Source of the DNA: a virus
Lineage: Duplodnaviria; Caudoviricetes
Length of the DNA: 42,426 nt
Reading direction: 5' to 3' (one strand)
IMG/VR virus record: IMGVR_UViG_3300033067_001711
Coordinates: 1-42,426 of that record
Both the position numbers and the translations under genes were made by a program. Position 1 is the first letter of the stretch. The number at the start of each line of letters is the position of its first letter. Below are positions 9,062 to 17,854 of this stretch, in pieces. The notes under the pieces are model-generated. The model was not told the origin of the DNA and ran no database searches. It worked only from the letters and a program-made list of their open reading frames with translations.

Positions 9062-9741
9062 GTACGCTCCAAGGGATAGTTGTTCAAAATATCAGAGAGC
9101 GTAAAATCAGACTCTCCGCGCAGCATGGAGGCGAGTTTGCCGCGTTGTGCGTCCCACGCTGCGGCCCTCGCTGCGTCCCACGCTGCGGCCCTCGCTGCGG
9201 CCCTCGCTGCGGCCCACGCTGCGTCCCTCGCTGCGGCCCTCGCTGCGGCCCCCGCTGCGGCCCTCGCTGCGGCCCCCGCTGCGTCCCACGCTGCGGCCCT
9301 CGCTGCGTCCCACGCTGCGGCCCACGCTGCGGCCCTCGCTGCGTCCCACGCTGCGGCCCTCGCTGCGGCCCCCGCTGCGTCCCACGCTGCGGCCCTCGCT
9401 GCGGCCCTCGCTGCGGCCCCCGCTGCGTCCCTCGCTGCGTCGTCAACTTCGCCGAGGCTAAAACGGACAGATACTTCGACCGCATTCCAGCTCCGCTTAT
9501 CGGTGAACTTTGTTAGAAACAAAGCTTCAGCGGCGCACCATGCAGCGAATCTACGCAATAGCCTTTCATCAATACATTCTTTTCGGCACACGACCCAGAG
9601 CACATCTTCCCACGGAATATCAGTGCGCATTACTAAATCGAAGGCTGTTCCAGCCCAGTCTTTTGAAAGGTGTTTCTTGGGGTCGTAACAAGGGCGCCAC
9701 GAACGAATGTCTTCAATAGTGAATTTATGTAGCTGGTTCAC
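9058..9741 (-). CDS. Phage protein with AA[R/W/G][A/D] tetrapeptide repeats
   Basis: Globular N-terminus (WRPCYDP...LRRFAAWCA) followed by 24 tetrapeptide repeats. Confidence 0.75.
   Translation of the reverse strand: MNQLHKFTIEDIRSWRPCYDPKKHLSKDWAGTAFDLVMRTDIPWEDVLWVVCRKECIDERLLRRFAAWCAAEALFLTKFTDKRSWNAVEVSVRFSLGEVDDAARDAAGAAARAAARAAAWDAAGAAARAAAWDAARAAAWAAAWDAARAAAWDAAGAAARAAAGAAARAAARDAAWAAARAAARAAAWDAARAAAWDAQRGKLASMLRGESDFTLSDILNNYPLERT
9151..9438 (-). repeat. Tandem array of 24 x 12-bp units GCAGCG[A/T/G]GGG[A/C]C
   Basis: Counted directly; only two positions vary per unit. Confidence 0.95.
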
Positions 9742-10033
9742 TCTTCATCTCCTCGCGGTTCGCGCTGGTGGGCTCACCGTCCTTGGTGGGTGGGGTGGAC
9801 TGCTTTTCATGATAAGCACGAACGGCAGCTTCAAACTCAAACTCTGCTGCCTGAAGACGAATTCCATATGCAGCTACTAACGGGTCAAAATTGCACTGCG
9901 CAACATTAAGTATAATCGGAGCCGTGTCTATAATCTTTCGCAGCAGTTCAGCTTCGCGTCCTCGCATCGGCTCGCTTTGAGGTAACTGTAACGCCATACG
10001 TTCATGTGCAGTAAATTTTACTTCGTCACTCAT
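9725..10033 (-). CDS. Hypothetical protein
   Basis: Coupled ORF with RBS. Confidence 0.55.
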   Translation of the reverse strand: MSDEVKFTAHERMALQLPQSEPMRGREAELLRKIIDTAPIILNVAQCNFDPLVAAYGIRLQAAEFEFEAAVRAYHEKQSTPPTKDGEPTSANREEMKSEPAT

Positions 10034-10269
10034 ACTTTCCCCTCCACGAGCCGAGCGGCGCGGTCCAGGGCTTCGTCAATTGCTCGACCAACGATTGTCA
10101 CCCATGAGGATGGGTCTGCGCTCGCACGCTCGCCAGTACGTCCTTCGCTGATAACTTTCATTGTGTTTAGTAGCTCCTCGATCACCCTGCGCTGCCGCTC
10201 TATGCGGGTGCGGGCGTCGATGTCCTCGCGCCCCAGCCACGCGCGCAGGCGTTCGGTGGGCGTGGTCAT
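10030..10269 (-). CDS. Hypothetical protein
   Basis: ATGA overlaps with neighbours. Confidence 0.55.
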   Translation of the reverse strand: MTTPTERLRAWLGREDIDARTRIERQRRVIEELLNTMKVISEGRTGERASADPSSWVTIVGRAIDEALDRAARLVEGKV

Positions 10270-10469
10270 TTTGACTTCCGTTTTTTTAGGTCACGTTCTA
10301 TACGGTCAGCACATTTACGAAGAAACTTGGCGATCTTGGCCATTTCTTTGTTGTCGTATGTTTCCATTAGATCAGCATTGAATGCGTACCCACCATCATC
10401 ATCGTCTTTCCATAAAGTAGCTTCGTTAAAGTCTCCAAGATCTATGGACAAAACTGCGGTCAGGCTCAT
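10266..10469 (-). CDS. Hypothetical protein
   Basis: ATGA overlaps; AGGAG RBS. Confidence 0.55.
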   Translation of the reverse strand: MSLTAVLSIDLGDFNEATLWKDDDDGGYAFNADLMETYDNKEMAKIAKFLRKCADRIERDLKKRKSK

Positions 10470-10690
10470 TTCTCGCTCTCCTTCATTTCGCGCTCAAGTT
10501 TTTCTGCTTCACGTAAAATCGCGCCTGCAATCGCCGAGGCGTTTCGTGCGTTCACAATCTCGGCCGCCATCCGCAGGCCTTGGATCACGCCACGCGCTTC
10601 GGCAACAGCTTCTCTAGCTTCCTGACTGTGCACCGGGCAGTGGCGCATGTTGATTTCGGCGCAGGCGCACTTAGACATCGTCGGCCTCAC
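10466..10690 (-). CDS. Hypothetical protein with CxC...CPVH motif
   Basis: Packed ORF with a possible metal-binding N-terminus. Confidence 0.5.
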   Translation of the reverse strand: MRPTMSKCACAEINMRHCPVHSQEAREAVAEARGVIQGLRMAAEIVNARNASAIAGAILREAEKLEREMKESEK

Positions 10691-11033
10691 AGTCGAACTG
10701 GGGAACGCGGATCATTTTGTATTTGTCTTGAGAACTTGCAGGTGTGAAATTCATTTCAGAATCGGCAAACACCAAACAATGAATTGGGTTTATTATTTTT
10801 CCATTATCCACACGCAAATACGCATACATCTTCTTCTTCGGCCGCGGCTCTTCGTACAGGGACCACAAATAAAAACTTGCGTCCCAAATTTGCGGCTTCT
10901 CGTCTTCAAGACTATACCCGACGGCAAAATTTCCTGGCGTAATTCCCAGCATCATGAATCGCTCGCCATCGCTCCGAACGACATTCATCGGCTTGCCGCC
11001 GCCCGCATCCCAGAGTTCTTTTAGTGTGTCCAT
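10671..11033 (-). CDS. Hypothetical protein
   Basis: GGGGG RBS; packed ORF. Confidence 0.6.
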   Translation of the reverse strand: MDTLKELWDAGGGKPMNVVRSDGERFMMLGITPGNFAVGYSLEDEKPQIWDASFYLWSLYEEPRPKKKMYAYLRVDNGKIINPIHCLVFADSEMNFTPASSQDKYKMIRVPQFDCEADDV

Positions 11034-11035
11034 GC

Positions 11036-11257
11036 TTAACCCCCCTTCTCGGGATCTGACGGCAACATCCCCCGCGCCATCAGCTCACACTCCTGGAACT
11101 CGGCAAGGATGCGCTGAAATTTCACCGTATCCACAGAGTTCTCAGGATATAAATAATCGGGGATCTTAATGCCCATCCACTTACAAAGCTTCTCGGCCCG
11201 CGTGAGCGGCGTTAAATATCCACACAGCCTAATATCCTTCACGTCACCATCACTCAT
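11036..11257 (-). CDS. Hypothetical protein
   Basis: GGAG RBS; packed ORF. Confidence 0.55.
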   Translation of the reverse strand: MSDGDVKDIRLCGYLTPLTRAEKLCKWMGIKIPDYLYPENSVDTVKFQRILAEFQECELMARGMLPSDPEKGG

Positions 11258-11570
11258 CTAACTTCTCCCTTCGCTTCCTGCGCCGATCGGCGCGCTCCCT
11301 CTGCTCCAAAAGCTCTTCTATGAACCATCTCCTGTAATACGGCGACTCCTTCACCGACCACAAAGACTGAAAAACCTTCACCCACGCCCTTTTTATCTCA
11401 GGGATCGTGAACCGCGGCTCGGGCTCTCCAACCTCGGTAGCTTGCCTGTTGAATACCGGCTCACGCGGCTCTCTATCGCTTGTCGTCATGGTGTGCTTCC
11501 TCGCTACCGTACTCGGTGGGCTGCCGTCTATAGCAAAATGCTTGATTGCGGGTTGTGAAGCGCGCTTCAC
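11250..11570 (-). CDS. Hypothetical protein; likely start at the ATG at 11490
   Basis: First ORF of the leftward cluster; GAGGA precedes MTTSDRE. Confidence 0.5.
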   Translation of the reverse strand: MKRASQPAIKHFAIDGSPPSTVARKHTMTTSDREPREPVFNRQATEVGEPEPRFTIPEIKRAWVKVFQSLWSVKESPYYRRWFIEELLEQRERADRRRKRREKLDE

Positions 11571-12108
11571 CCACCGAGTTCCTAGATCCTCAATCCAAGG
11601 CCCGCGCAGCGCGGCTCGTGGTTCAAATTTTTAAAATTAAAAAATGGTGGCGCGCGGGCACATAGTATCTAACACCCTGTGACCCCCTACCCCCCATAAT
11701 GAGAAGGGGCCTTCAAACCGTGAATCAAGCTTCACAATGCCGTTAACTTTTCACAACGTGGCGAGGGCTTCACGAATCACGGCACAATATACGTAGCGTA
11801 ACGTGTGGCGGTGCATGGATGGCGGCGCGTGGGCGTCGGTGCGCGCTTCGGCGGGCTTTGTTTACGTGGTTCAGGGGCGGATGGACCGTGCCGCGTTGCG
11901 TTCTATTATACAGATGCTTGCAGTATGCCATCATTATACAAGCCAAGTTGCCGTACAACACTTGACAAATGACCATAAGTTCGACGGCATTTTAACTCGG
12001 TGAATTGGCTTTGTTTTGCCCGCGTTGTTACAGGCTATTCACAACTCCGACTAAAAGTTCTGCGCCAACTGAAACAATAACTAATTGATTGCATATTGCA
12101 AGCCTCAA

Positions 12109-12124
12109 TGGCACGCCCCGTGCA
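12109..12124 (+). promoter_or_regulatory. Putative sigma54 (-24/-12) promoter
   Basis: TGGCACGCCCCGTGCA has exact GG-N10-GC spacing and the TGGCACG consensus, about 40 nt upstream of the first rightward gene. Confidence 0.5.
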
Positions 12125-12164
12125 GCTATTAGTATGTAACGCACTCAAACCGAAAGGGGTTCTT

Positions 12165-12629
12165 ATGAAACTTATGAAACGTTCCGGCGAATACCACGCA
12201 TCAAACGTTATGTTCGATCCTAAAAACATTATCGCAACGAGCTACCGTCACTGGCAATTCGTAAAAGTTATCAGCGGAAAAGTTGTGTTCAACGCTTACC
12301 GTTACTCGAACTCTACATCGAAACATCAATATAAAGTTCGGGCACTCATGCAAGAACTCGGTGTGAAGATCGATGTTTTTGCCAATACTCGCTGCAGCCT
12401 AAGTAGCCTTCGTACTCTTAAAGAAGTGCGCGAAACTACGAAAGAACAGAAGATCAAAGAAGAAAAACGCCTAGCCCGTAAGAAGCTTGAACGCAGTCTT
12501 AAGGGCAAGGTCGAACGCCTTAACGCCAAAGGCTTGTACTCTGCGGAACAACGCGAGTGCATGGATAGAGGCTGGGATTATCTGAGCCGCGAGGTGGATA
12601 GCTTAATCCGCTCGATGGAGCAGAAATGA
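12165..12629 (+). CDS. Basic hypothetical early protein
   Basis: GAAAGGGG RBS before the ATG at 12165; YSNSTSKHQ motif; first gene of the rightward cluster. Confidence 0.7.
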   Translation: MKLMKRSGEYHASNVMFDPKNIIATSYRHWQFVKVISGKVVFNAYRYSNSTSKHQYKVRALMQELGVKIDVFANTRCSLSSLRTLKEVRETTKEQKIKEEKRLARKKLERSLKGKVERLNAKGLYSAEQRECMDRGWDYLSREVDSLIRSMEQK

Positions 12630-12709
12630 TCAACTCAATCGAAGACGCACTCTTAAAACTCGGCGCAGCTCTCGCAACTGTAACTATTGTCGCTGCAGCT
12701 TGCAGCTAA
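12626..12709 (+). CDS. 27-aa hydrophobic micro-protein (not in ORF track)
   Basis: GGAG RBS and ATGA overlap; MINSIEDALLKLGAALATVTIVAAACS. Confidence 0.45.
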   Translation: MINSIEDALLKLGAALATVTIVAAACS

Positions 12710-12716
12710 GAAGGGA

Positions 12717-12935
12717 ATGAATATGAAAAACTGGAATGAGTATAACGCCAATGAACAAGCCGTAAGAACCTCGGCGATGTATAAGATGGAGCACTTTCAA
12801 AAGATGTTCCACCACCTTAGCACCGCTGAATATCAAGCCAAACTTAAAGAATACCTTGCGAAAGGTAACGTCGTTGGATTCGACCTTTGCGACGCAGAAC
12901 GTGCAGTCATTAAAGAATGGATGGAACGCCAATGA
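12717..12935 (+). CDS. Hypothetical early protein
   Basis: AAGAAGGGA RBS; start at 12717 or 12723. Confidence 0.6.
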   Translation: MNMKNWNEYNANEQAVRTSAMYKMEHFQKMFHHLSTAEYQAKLKEYLAKGNVVGFDLCDAERAVIKEWMERQ

Positions 12936-13150
12936 ACACCCATAAAGGAAAAACCATCCAAGGCCCTAAGGACCTCATGCAAGAACTGCGTGACTGGATC
13001 GCAGAAGTAACGCTCTCGGATCATCCAGTAGCTGTTACGAATGATCTTCAGCACAAAGCGGCACTGCAGTTAATCGCCGCAGGCTACGCCGTCGCTACTA
13101 AGAAAAAACAATACGGCCATATTGCCGAAGTGAAAGGAATTAACTCATGA
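12932..13150 (+). CDS. Hypothetical early protein
   Basis: ATGA overlap with the upstream gene. Confidence 0.6.
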   Translation: MNTHKGKTIQGPKDLMQELRDWIAEVTLSDHPVAVTNDLQHKAALQLIAAGYAVATKKKQYGHIAEVKGINS

Positions 13151-13296
13151 GTACTTTTCCCGAAATGGTCGCTGCGGGAATCATGCAGCTTGTACGTCAA
13201 AATGAACTTGCAGCGTTCGAGGCGATCCTAAAACTAGTTCGAGAGAACAACGCCCTTAAGAAGGAACTCTCTAAACTAAAGAAAGGTGGCAAGTGA
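13147..13296 (+). CDS. 49-aa coiled-coil protein (not in ORF track)
   Basis: AAGGA RBS and overlaps on both sides; MSTFPEMVAAGIMQLVRQNE...KKGGK. Confidence 0.55.
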   Translation: MSTFPEMVAAGIMQLVRQNELAAFEAILKLVRENNALKKELSKLKKGGK

Positions 13297-13508
13297 TGTC
13301 CTCACAATCCATGGTGCTGAAAGTGAAAGTCAAAAACGTCTACGGCAACGACCTAATATACCCGGCCAATGAAGCGGCCGAGAAGCTCTGCAGGATGCTA
13401 GGCAAGAAGACCGTAGGGCACTTCGAACTAAAGATCATGCAGGAGCTGGGCTTTACGGTCGAACAAGTTGAGAGCGTAACGCTCTCTTTAAACAAGGGGG
13501 AATCATGA
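13296..13508 (+). CDS. Hypothetical phage protein (KVKNVYG..IYP motif)
   Basis: Coupled start with AAGGT RBS. Confidence 0.6.
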   Translation: MSSQSMVLKVKVKNVYGNDLIYPANEAAEKLCRMLGKKTVGHFELKIMQELGFTVEQVESVTLSLNKGES

Positions 13509-13726
13509 GAATCGGCAGAAAGTGCACTTGCGGAGTAGAACTCCACACCGGAAACGTAAAGAACATTGGGCGCCAACATGCACCCTCCCGAGAGTTGTTG
13601 CTACTCAACTGCCTTTGCTGCGGAACTACAGTTGCCATTCGGGACAAGGCTAAGAAAGCAGCAGCCGACCTGTTAAAGGCCCAAAACGTGCCCCTCGCGC
13701 GCGCCCACCAGGGCCGCGATTCTTAG
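13505..13726 (+). CDS. Small Cys-rich (zinc-binding) protein
   Basis: CTCG...NCLCCGTT. Confidence 0.55.
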   Translation: MRIGRKCTCGVELHTGNVKNIGRQHAPSRELLLLNCLCCGTTVAIRDKAKKAAADLLKAQNVPLARAHQGRDS

Positions 13727-14192
13727 TCTCTACCGCTCGCACAAGCCGAAGAGCGCCAAGCCGGTAACTCTTCAAACGATCTTCAGGGAAGACAAACCTA
13801 AACAGAACTGGAGAACGTATATGAAAAACCAAATCAAACTTCTTATGACCCTCAGCCTGATTTTCATCCTCGGGGCCTGCAGCTCCAAGCCTCAAGGCTA
13901 CGAAATGCCGATTGCTATGAGCGAAGTGTTTCGTAACGGCGAACTCAAAGGCCTTGAGTACAAAGACGGCCCTGAACTCGGTATGCCGAACCAAACGGAC
14001 CGGGTGAGCCACACGTGCACTTCGACGCCGCTTTACAGCCTTGAGGGCTATTACACGCGCACCGTCGTTCACTGCCAGTGAACACCCATAGTTCCCTGTA
14101 ACCTCTAGTGGGCCTATCAGGCTCCTTAGAGCCTACAGGAGAGCCCCTAATAGGGCTTACAGGGTCCTTACGCGCGCGCCCACCAGGGCCGC
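13696..14192 (+). repeat. 22-bp exact direct repeat CGCGCGCGCCCACCAGGGCCGC at 13696-13717 and 14171-14192
   Basis: Two identical copies flank the lipoprotein gene. Confidence 0.9.
13821..14081 (+). CDS. Lipoprotein (possible superinfection exclusion)
   Basis: Signal peptide with lipobox ILGA|C; GGAG RBS. Confidence 0.7.
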   Translation: MKNQIKLLMTLSLIFILGACSSKPQGYEMPIAMSEVFRNGELKGLEYKDGPELGMPNQTDRVSHTCTSTPLYSLEGYYTRTVVHCQ

Positions 14193-14229
14193 TGATCCAA
14201 ACCAAAAGTTCGCACGAAAGGAAGTTCGC

Positions 14230-14514
14230 ATGAAACGCTTCAAGTTCCCAAAGCTGATCCTGACCCCAAAAGATCGGGACCTGGCCCAAATCGCACTCGG
14301 CATTGTTTTTGTGTCCATGATCATATCGGTAGTCGCCCACCGTGCCGAGATCGCGTTTAACCTCCAAGAAGGCCTCCAGAAGCTGCGATCCAGGTACGCC
14401 GAGGCCGACCATAGCACCCAAGACACCCAAACGCGCTGTAGAGCCTTTACGGAGGTCACTTCATCGGGAAACACCACCCGTTTGTCGTGCGAACTCAGCC
14501 GTGCGAACCCGTGA
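14230..14514 (+). CDS. Single-pass membrane protein
   Basis: AAGGA RBS; hydrophobic segment IALGIVFVSMIISVVA. Confidence 0.55.
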   Translation: MKRFKFPKLILTPKDRDLAQIALGIVFVSMIISVVAHRAEIAFNLQEGLQKLRSRYAEADHSTQDTQTRCRAFTEVTSSGNTTRLSCELSRANP

Positions 14515-14516
14515 CT

Positions 14517-14862
14517 CGGTGCACGGTGCAAAATATCGCAAAAAACGCCTATTAGTCAGCTGAGCTTTTATATACGTACACACAAATACACATAATGACA
14601 TTTCCCTATATCCCTATACACATTAGTTATTAAAAATATCAAACTATGCACCGGATAGGGCCTAAGCTACCGAAAAACAAGAACAAAGTTCCGGTGCATA
14701 GTTCGGTGTAAAGTTTAACTATGCACCGGAAGTCTGCACCGGATTGCCGATTTAGAACCGTCCGGCGGCATCCACCGAATCATTGACGCAGAGCCCCTTA
14801 AAATAGCGCTGACCTTCAAAGAGCGAAACTTCAAACTTTGCACCGGGCAACTTTGCACCGGA
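14517..14862. repeat. Iteron cluster AACT[A/T]TGCACCGG plus AT-rich tract: putative replication origin
   Basis: Direct copies at 14642, 14717, 14834, 14849 and a partial one near 14731. Exact inverted copy at 14690-14703, partial inverted copies at 14517, 14524 and 14704. AT-rich stretch at about 14565-14640. Confidence 0.7.
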
Positions 14863-17199
14863 AAACGCCTCATAGAACTTAATTTTGCCGATTCTGGGCT
14901 TCCGATTGTACGCCGCTTCATACCATCTGATGAATGCCTCCCAGACCGCGGACCGTAGAACCTTGCACGCCGGATCGTTAGAAACCCTCCATCCCACAAT
15001 CTCACCCTCCATAATTTCGTTGATAAACAGCGCCACCGGATCGTGCTCCATTTGCCACTGCCGCATCTTCTTTTTCCCCGAGTCGGGCGTGAAGTAGTGC
15101 CCATTGGCCTCCAAAACCTCGGTTAGCCCGTCGAGTGCGAAGTTCAAAACCCCCGTGGGGCAGGCATCAAAAACCTCGGTGGCGAAGAACTTGGAGTAGT
15201 TCCCGATGGCCTGAAAGCCCTCCACTTTAAGGAACGTCCAGCGCCGCTCGTGGGCCCTGGAGCCCTTCTCAAAGGTCGCCGGGATGTCGTTACCTCCGAA
15301 GATATGGACCCTGGGGAGGGGGGCCATTACCGAGGTTTTGAACTTCCGATCGATTCGGATAGGGAGCCCGTCTTCGATCTTCTTGATGTGGTTATCGCGG
15401 ATGGGTTCGGTGACCGAGATATCGGTGACAAAGTTCACGAGTTTTCCGGCCATGGACTCCATTTTAAAGCCGTCGAACTCATGCGGCTCCACAGAGCACC
15501 AGTTTCCCGAGGACACTAGTTTTTGGGCCGGGATAATAAGAGAAGTCTTTCCCGATCCGGCCGGGCCGTAGATCATAAACAGGTGGGGGAAGATCGGCGC
15601 TACGGCTGCCCCGTACATTTGCCGAACGGTTTTAATCTTCTCTACCGAGTCTTCCTGGCCCTCGAACACGCGCTCTAGCATCTGCTCGAACTCAGTGTTT
15701 TTAATTTTCCGAGTCTCGTCGAACTCGATGGGGATGAGATTTGTGCAGAAGTCCTTACGAGCGTGGGGCCGAAAATCGAACTGCCATTTCCCCGCGCGCT
15801 GCAGAATATGAATCGTGCCGTTGAGAAGATTTATCATGGTGGGATCGGGAACGAAAAGATTCCTTGGGGAGTCTTTTATCATCGCACGAAAGATTCTAAG
15901 CGTGCCCTCCATCTTGGTGTTTGAGGCAAGCCCCGAGTAGAGCACTTGAAGCTGCATGCGCAGGCGGTTCTCATCCTGAATTTGCATTTCCACCCAGTGC
16001 GTTCCCGAAAAAACAAAGATCGATCCTTCCGAGCTTACGATTCGGTCCTTGTAAAAATTGGCCAGCGCCTTAGCTACCTCGTACTCAGGCGGCATAATGG
16101 GAACGCCCGATTTAGAGAGCTTCATCGGAAGCGGCTCAAGACCCGGCTCCGTGTGCTCTGCTACTAATTCCCTACCCGAGGCGGCTTTGATGTGACCATC
16201 AGCTGCAGCAAGAGCCTGTTTTGTTCCCTTTTCCACTAATTCCTCCACCGTTTGAAAGGTTCGCTGCCACTCATCCGTGGGCCGCGCCGCACGGCTCACC
16301 GCAAGCTCTAGCTGTCCCTCCACCATCGAGAGAGAATAGCCGCACATCAGATCATTGAAATCCGTCCAATCAAGTCCGCGCGCCTTGGGGAAAACAGGAA
16401 GCACCAGCGTTCCCGATATCAGCTCCGCGGCCCGCGCTCCCGCCTCCACGCCCACATTAGGCGTCTCCTTCCAATCATCGTCCGCGCAGATAATGATCTT
16501 CGCGCCAAGGTTCTGCTTTCGTATCTCAGCTGCTACCTCGCACAAATTCCCCGCGGAGAAAGCGCAGATCACCCGATCGTTTGGCCTTGCCATCGCCACC
16601 GTGCACGCCGTCGAATACCCCTCGCAGATAAAGATCGCCTCCTCTTTATAGCTAGAGGGACTAAGACATGCCCACAGGCCGCGAACCTTTGCCCCAGGAA
16701 CAAACGTTTTCATGCCGCTCTCGGTGATGGTCTGGTAGTTCCAGATATTTCCCTGGGAGTCCTGCATCGGCACGATAAGATCAGTGCCTACCGAGGGAGA
16801 TTCGATTTGGATGGCCCCTAAGGCCTGGGGGATTTTCTTTCGCTCAAGATATTTGGAGTGCCCGCCCCAGTTTTCCCTTAGGTATTGGTCTATCCGTTTG
16901 ATGACCGACTTTGATGCCTCTAGCTGCAGGCGCTCTCTCTCGGCATCGGCAGCCTCCCTTCGCTCTTTCTCCGCTTCCCAGTCCGCAGCACTAGGCGCCT
17001 CGCCGCCCCACACGTAGAAGTTTTTTGCACCCCCGCGCCATGAGGCCACGGTTACTGTGCACCGCCCCGATTCATTTTTTGAGCCCTTGTACCAGCCCTT
17101 GAAATCCGCGCTCCTCAGCTGATGAACCTCGCCATCGAGTAGAAGATCAGTATCTTCTCCAATGGAGGCGAGAAATTTTTCCAAATCGTTTTTATCCAT
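14752..17199 (-). CDS. P4-alpha-like primase-helicase (TOPRIM primase plus D5/SF3 helicase)
   Basis: TOPRIM motifs ICEGYSTA, IICADDD and DFND; helicase Walker A GPAGSGKT and RRW arginine finger. AAGGGGA RBS before the ATG at 17199. Confidence 0.88.
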   Translation of the reverse strand: MDKNDLEKFLASIGEDTDLLLDGEVHQLRSADFKGWYKGSKNESGRCTVTVASWRGGAKNFYVWGGEAPSAADWEAEKERREAADAERERLQLEASKSVIKRIDQYLRENWGGHSKYLERKKIPQALGAIQIESPSVGTDLIVPMQDSQGNIWNYQTITESGMKTFVPGAKVRGLWACLSPSSYKEEAIFICEGYSTACTVAMARPNDRVICAFSAGNLCEVAAEIRKQNLGAKIIICADDDWKETPNVGVEAGARAAELISGTLVLPVFPKARGLDWTDFNDLMCGYSLSMVEGQLELAVSRAARPTDEWQRTFQTVEELVEKGTKQALAAADGHIKAASGRELVAEHTEPGLEPLPMKLSKSGVPIMPPEYEVAKALANFYKDRIVSSEGSIFVFSGTHWVEMQIQDENRLRMQLQVLYSGLASNTKMEGTLRIFRAMIKDSPRNLFVPDPTMINLLNGTIHILQRAGKWQFDFRPHARKDFCTNLIPIEFDETRKIKNTEFEQMLERVFEGQEDSVEKIKTVRQMYGAAVAPIFPHLFMIYGPAGSGKTSLIIPAQKLVSSGNWCSVEPHEFDGFKMESMAGKLVNFVTDISVTEPIRDNHIKKIEDGLPIRIDRKFKTSVMAPLPRVHIFGGNDIPATFEKGSRAHERRWTFLKVEGFQAIGNYSKFFATEVFDACPTGVLNFALDGLTEVLEANGHYFTPDSGKKKMRQWQMEHDPVALFINEIMEGEIVGWRVSNDPACKVLRSAVWEAFIRWYEAAYNRKPRIGKIKFYEAFSGAKLPGAKFEVSLFEGQRYFKGLCVNDSVDAAGRF

Positions 17200-17397
17200 T
17201 GATATCCCCTTATTCTGAGCCTTGGCCGAGTGGCCTACGCTCTTCGCAAAAACTCGTTCGGTCAAGATGTCGTCCACGCGATTTTTTGTAAAACTATTTG
17301 GCTTGCACAAGGCTAGGTCTCATTTTATGAGTGAACCGTGAGCCGCGGAAGCCCTTGCCGCAAGTAGGTAAGTGCCCGGGCTTACAAGAAAGATTTT

Positions 17398-17586
17398 ATG
17401 GTAAACGATGAAGTAGCCACAGTTCGCACGATGCTAGATGCCATGACTCAGGAGCGCGATGAACTGAAGATTAATCTAGACTATACGCGCCGTCAGCTGC
17501 TTAAGGCCGAGTCGGAGGCCGCGACGCTAAGGCGGCTTGTGCTCGAATTTTTTTCCAAGACCCTAGAGAAGCAAGCCGGTGAGTGA
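17398..17586 (+). CDS. Coiled-coil hypothetical protein
   Basis: First ORF of the rightward replication operon. Confidence 0.55.
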   Translation: MVNDEVATVRTMLDAMTQERDELKINLDYTRRQLLKAESEAATLRRLVLEFFSKTLEKQAGE

Positions 17587-17705
17587 TGAGCTGCGCCTCG
17601 ACGGTTTGTCTTGATTGTGGGCATGAGATGAATCATGTGCTGCGGGCCACGTGCGATAAGTGCGGCTCATCGAACGTGGATCACGACTGGGATGAAGAGC
17701 CGTGA
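17586..17705 (+). CDS. 39-aa zinc-ribbon protein (not in ORF track)
   Basis: MSCASTVCLDCGHEM...TCDKCGSSNV; TGATG overlap. Confidence 0.55.
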   Translation: MSCASTVCLDCGHEMNHVLRATCDKCGSSNVDHDWDEEP

Positions 17706-17854
17706 AGCGCGCGCTCATGTGGATATTATCCAAGATCAGCCGAGCGAAGGAAAAGCGCCGAGCTGTATCGCTTTTGGGTGAGGTCTACTATCCTTTTCCT
17801 CCGTACCTAGTTTTTAAGAAAGCCAAGCATAAGGAGAAAGAGCATGGAGGGTAA
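17702..17854 (+). CDS. 50-aa basic hypothetical protein (not in ORF track)
   Basis: GTGA overlap; fills the gap in the operon. Confidence 0.4.
   Translation: MKRALMWILSKISRAKEKRRAVSLLGEVYYPFPPYLVFKKAKHKEKEHGG

Noticed and set aside
9151-9438. Possible CRISPR array or DGR template
   Set aside because: No unique spacers, no reverse transcriptase, and no template/variable repeat pair.
9080-9688. Several long overlapping ORFs in other frames (RGPQ, GRSE, PRCG and RPSL repeats)
   Set aside because: They arise because the 12-bp unit has no stop in any frame; only 9058..9741 has a globular domain and operon coupling.
11961-11990. TTGACA hexamer in the divergent intergenic region
   Set aside because: No -10 element at 16-18 nt spacing.
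17200-17310. Extended N-terminus of the primase-helicase in the ORF track
   Set aside because: The ATG at 17199 has a good RBS; the extension lies in the divergent intergenic region.
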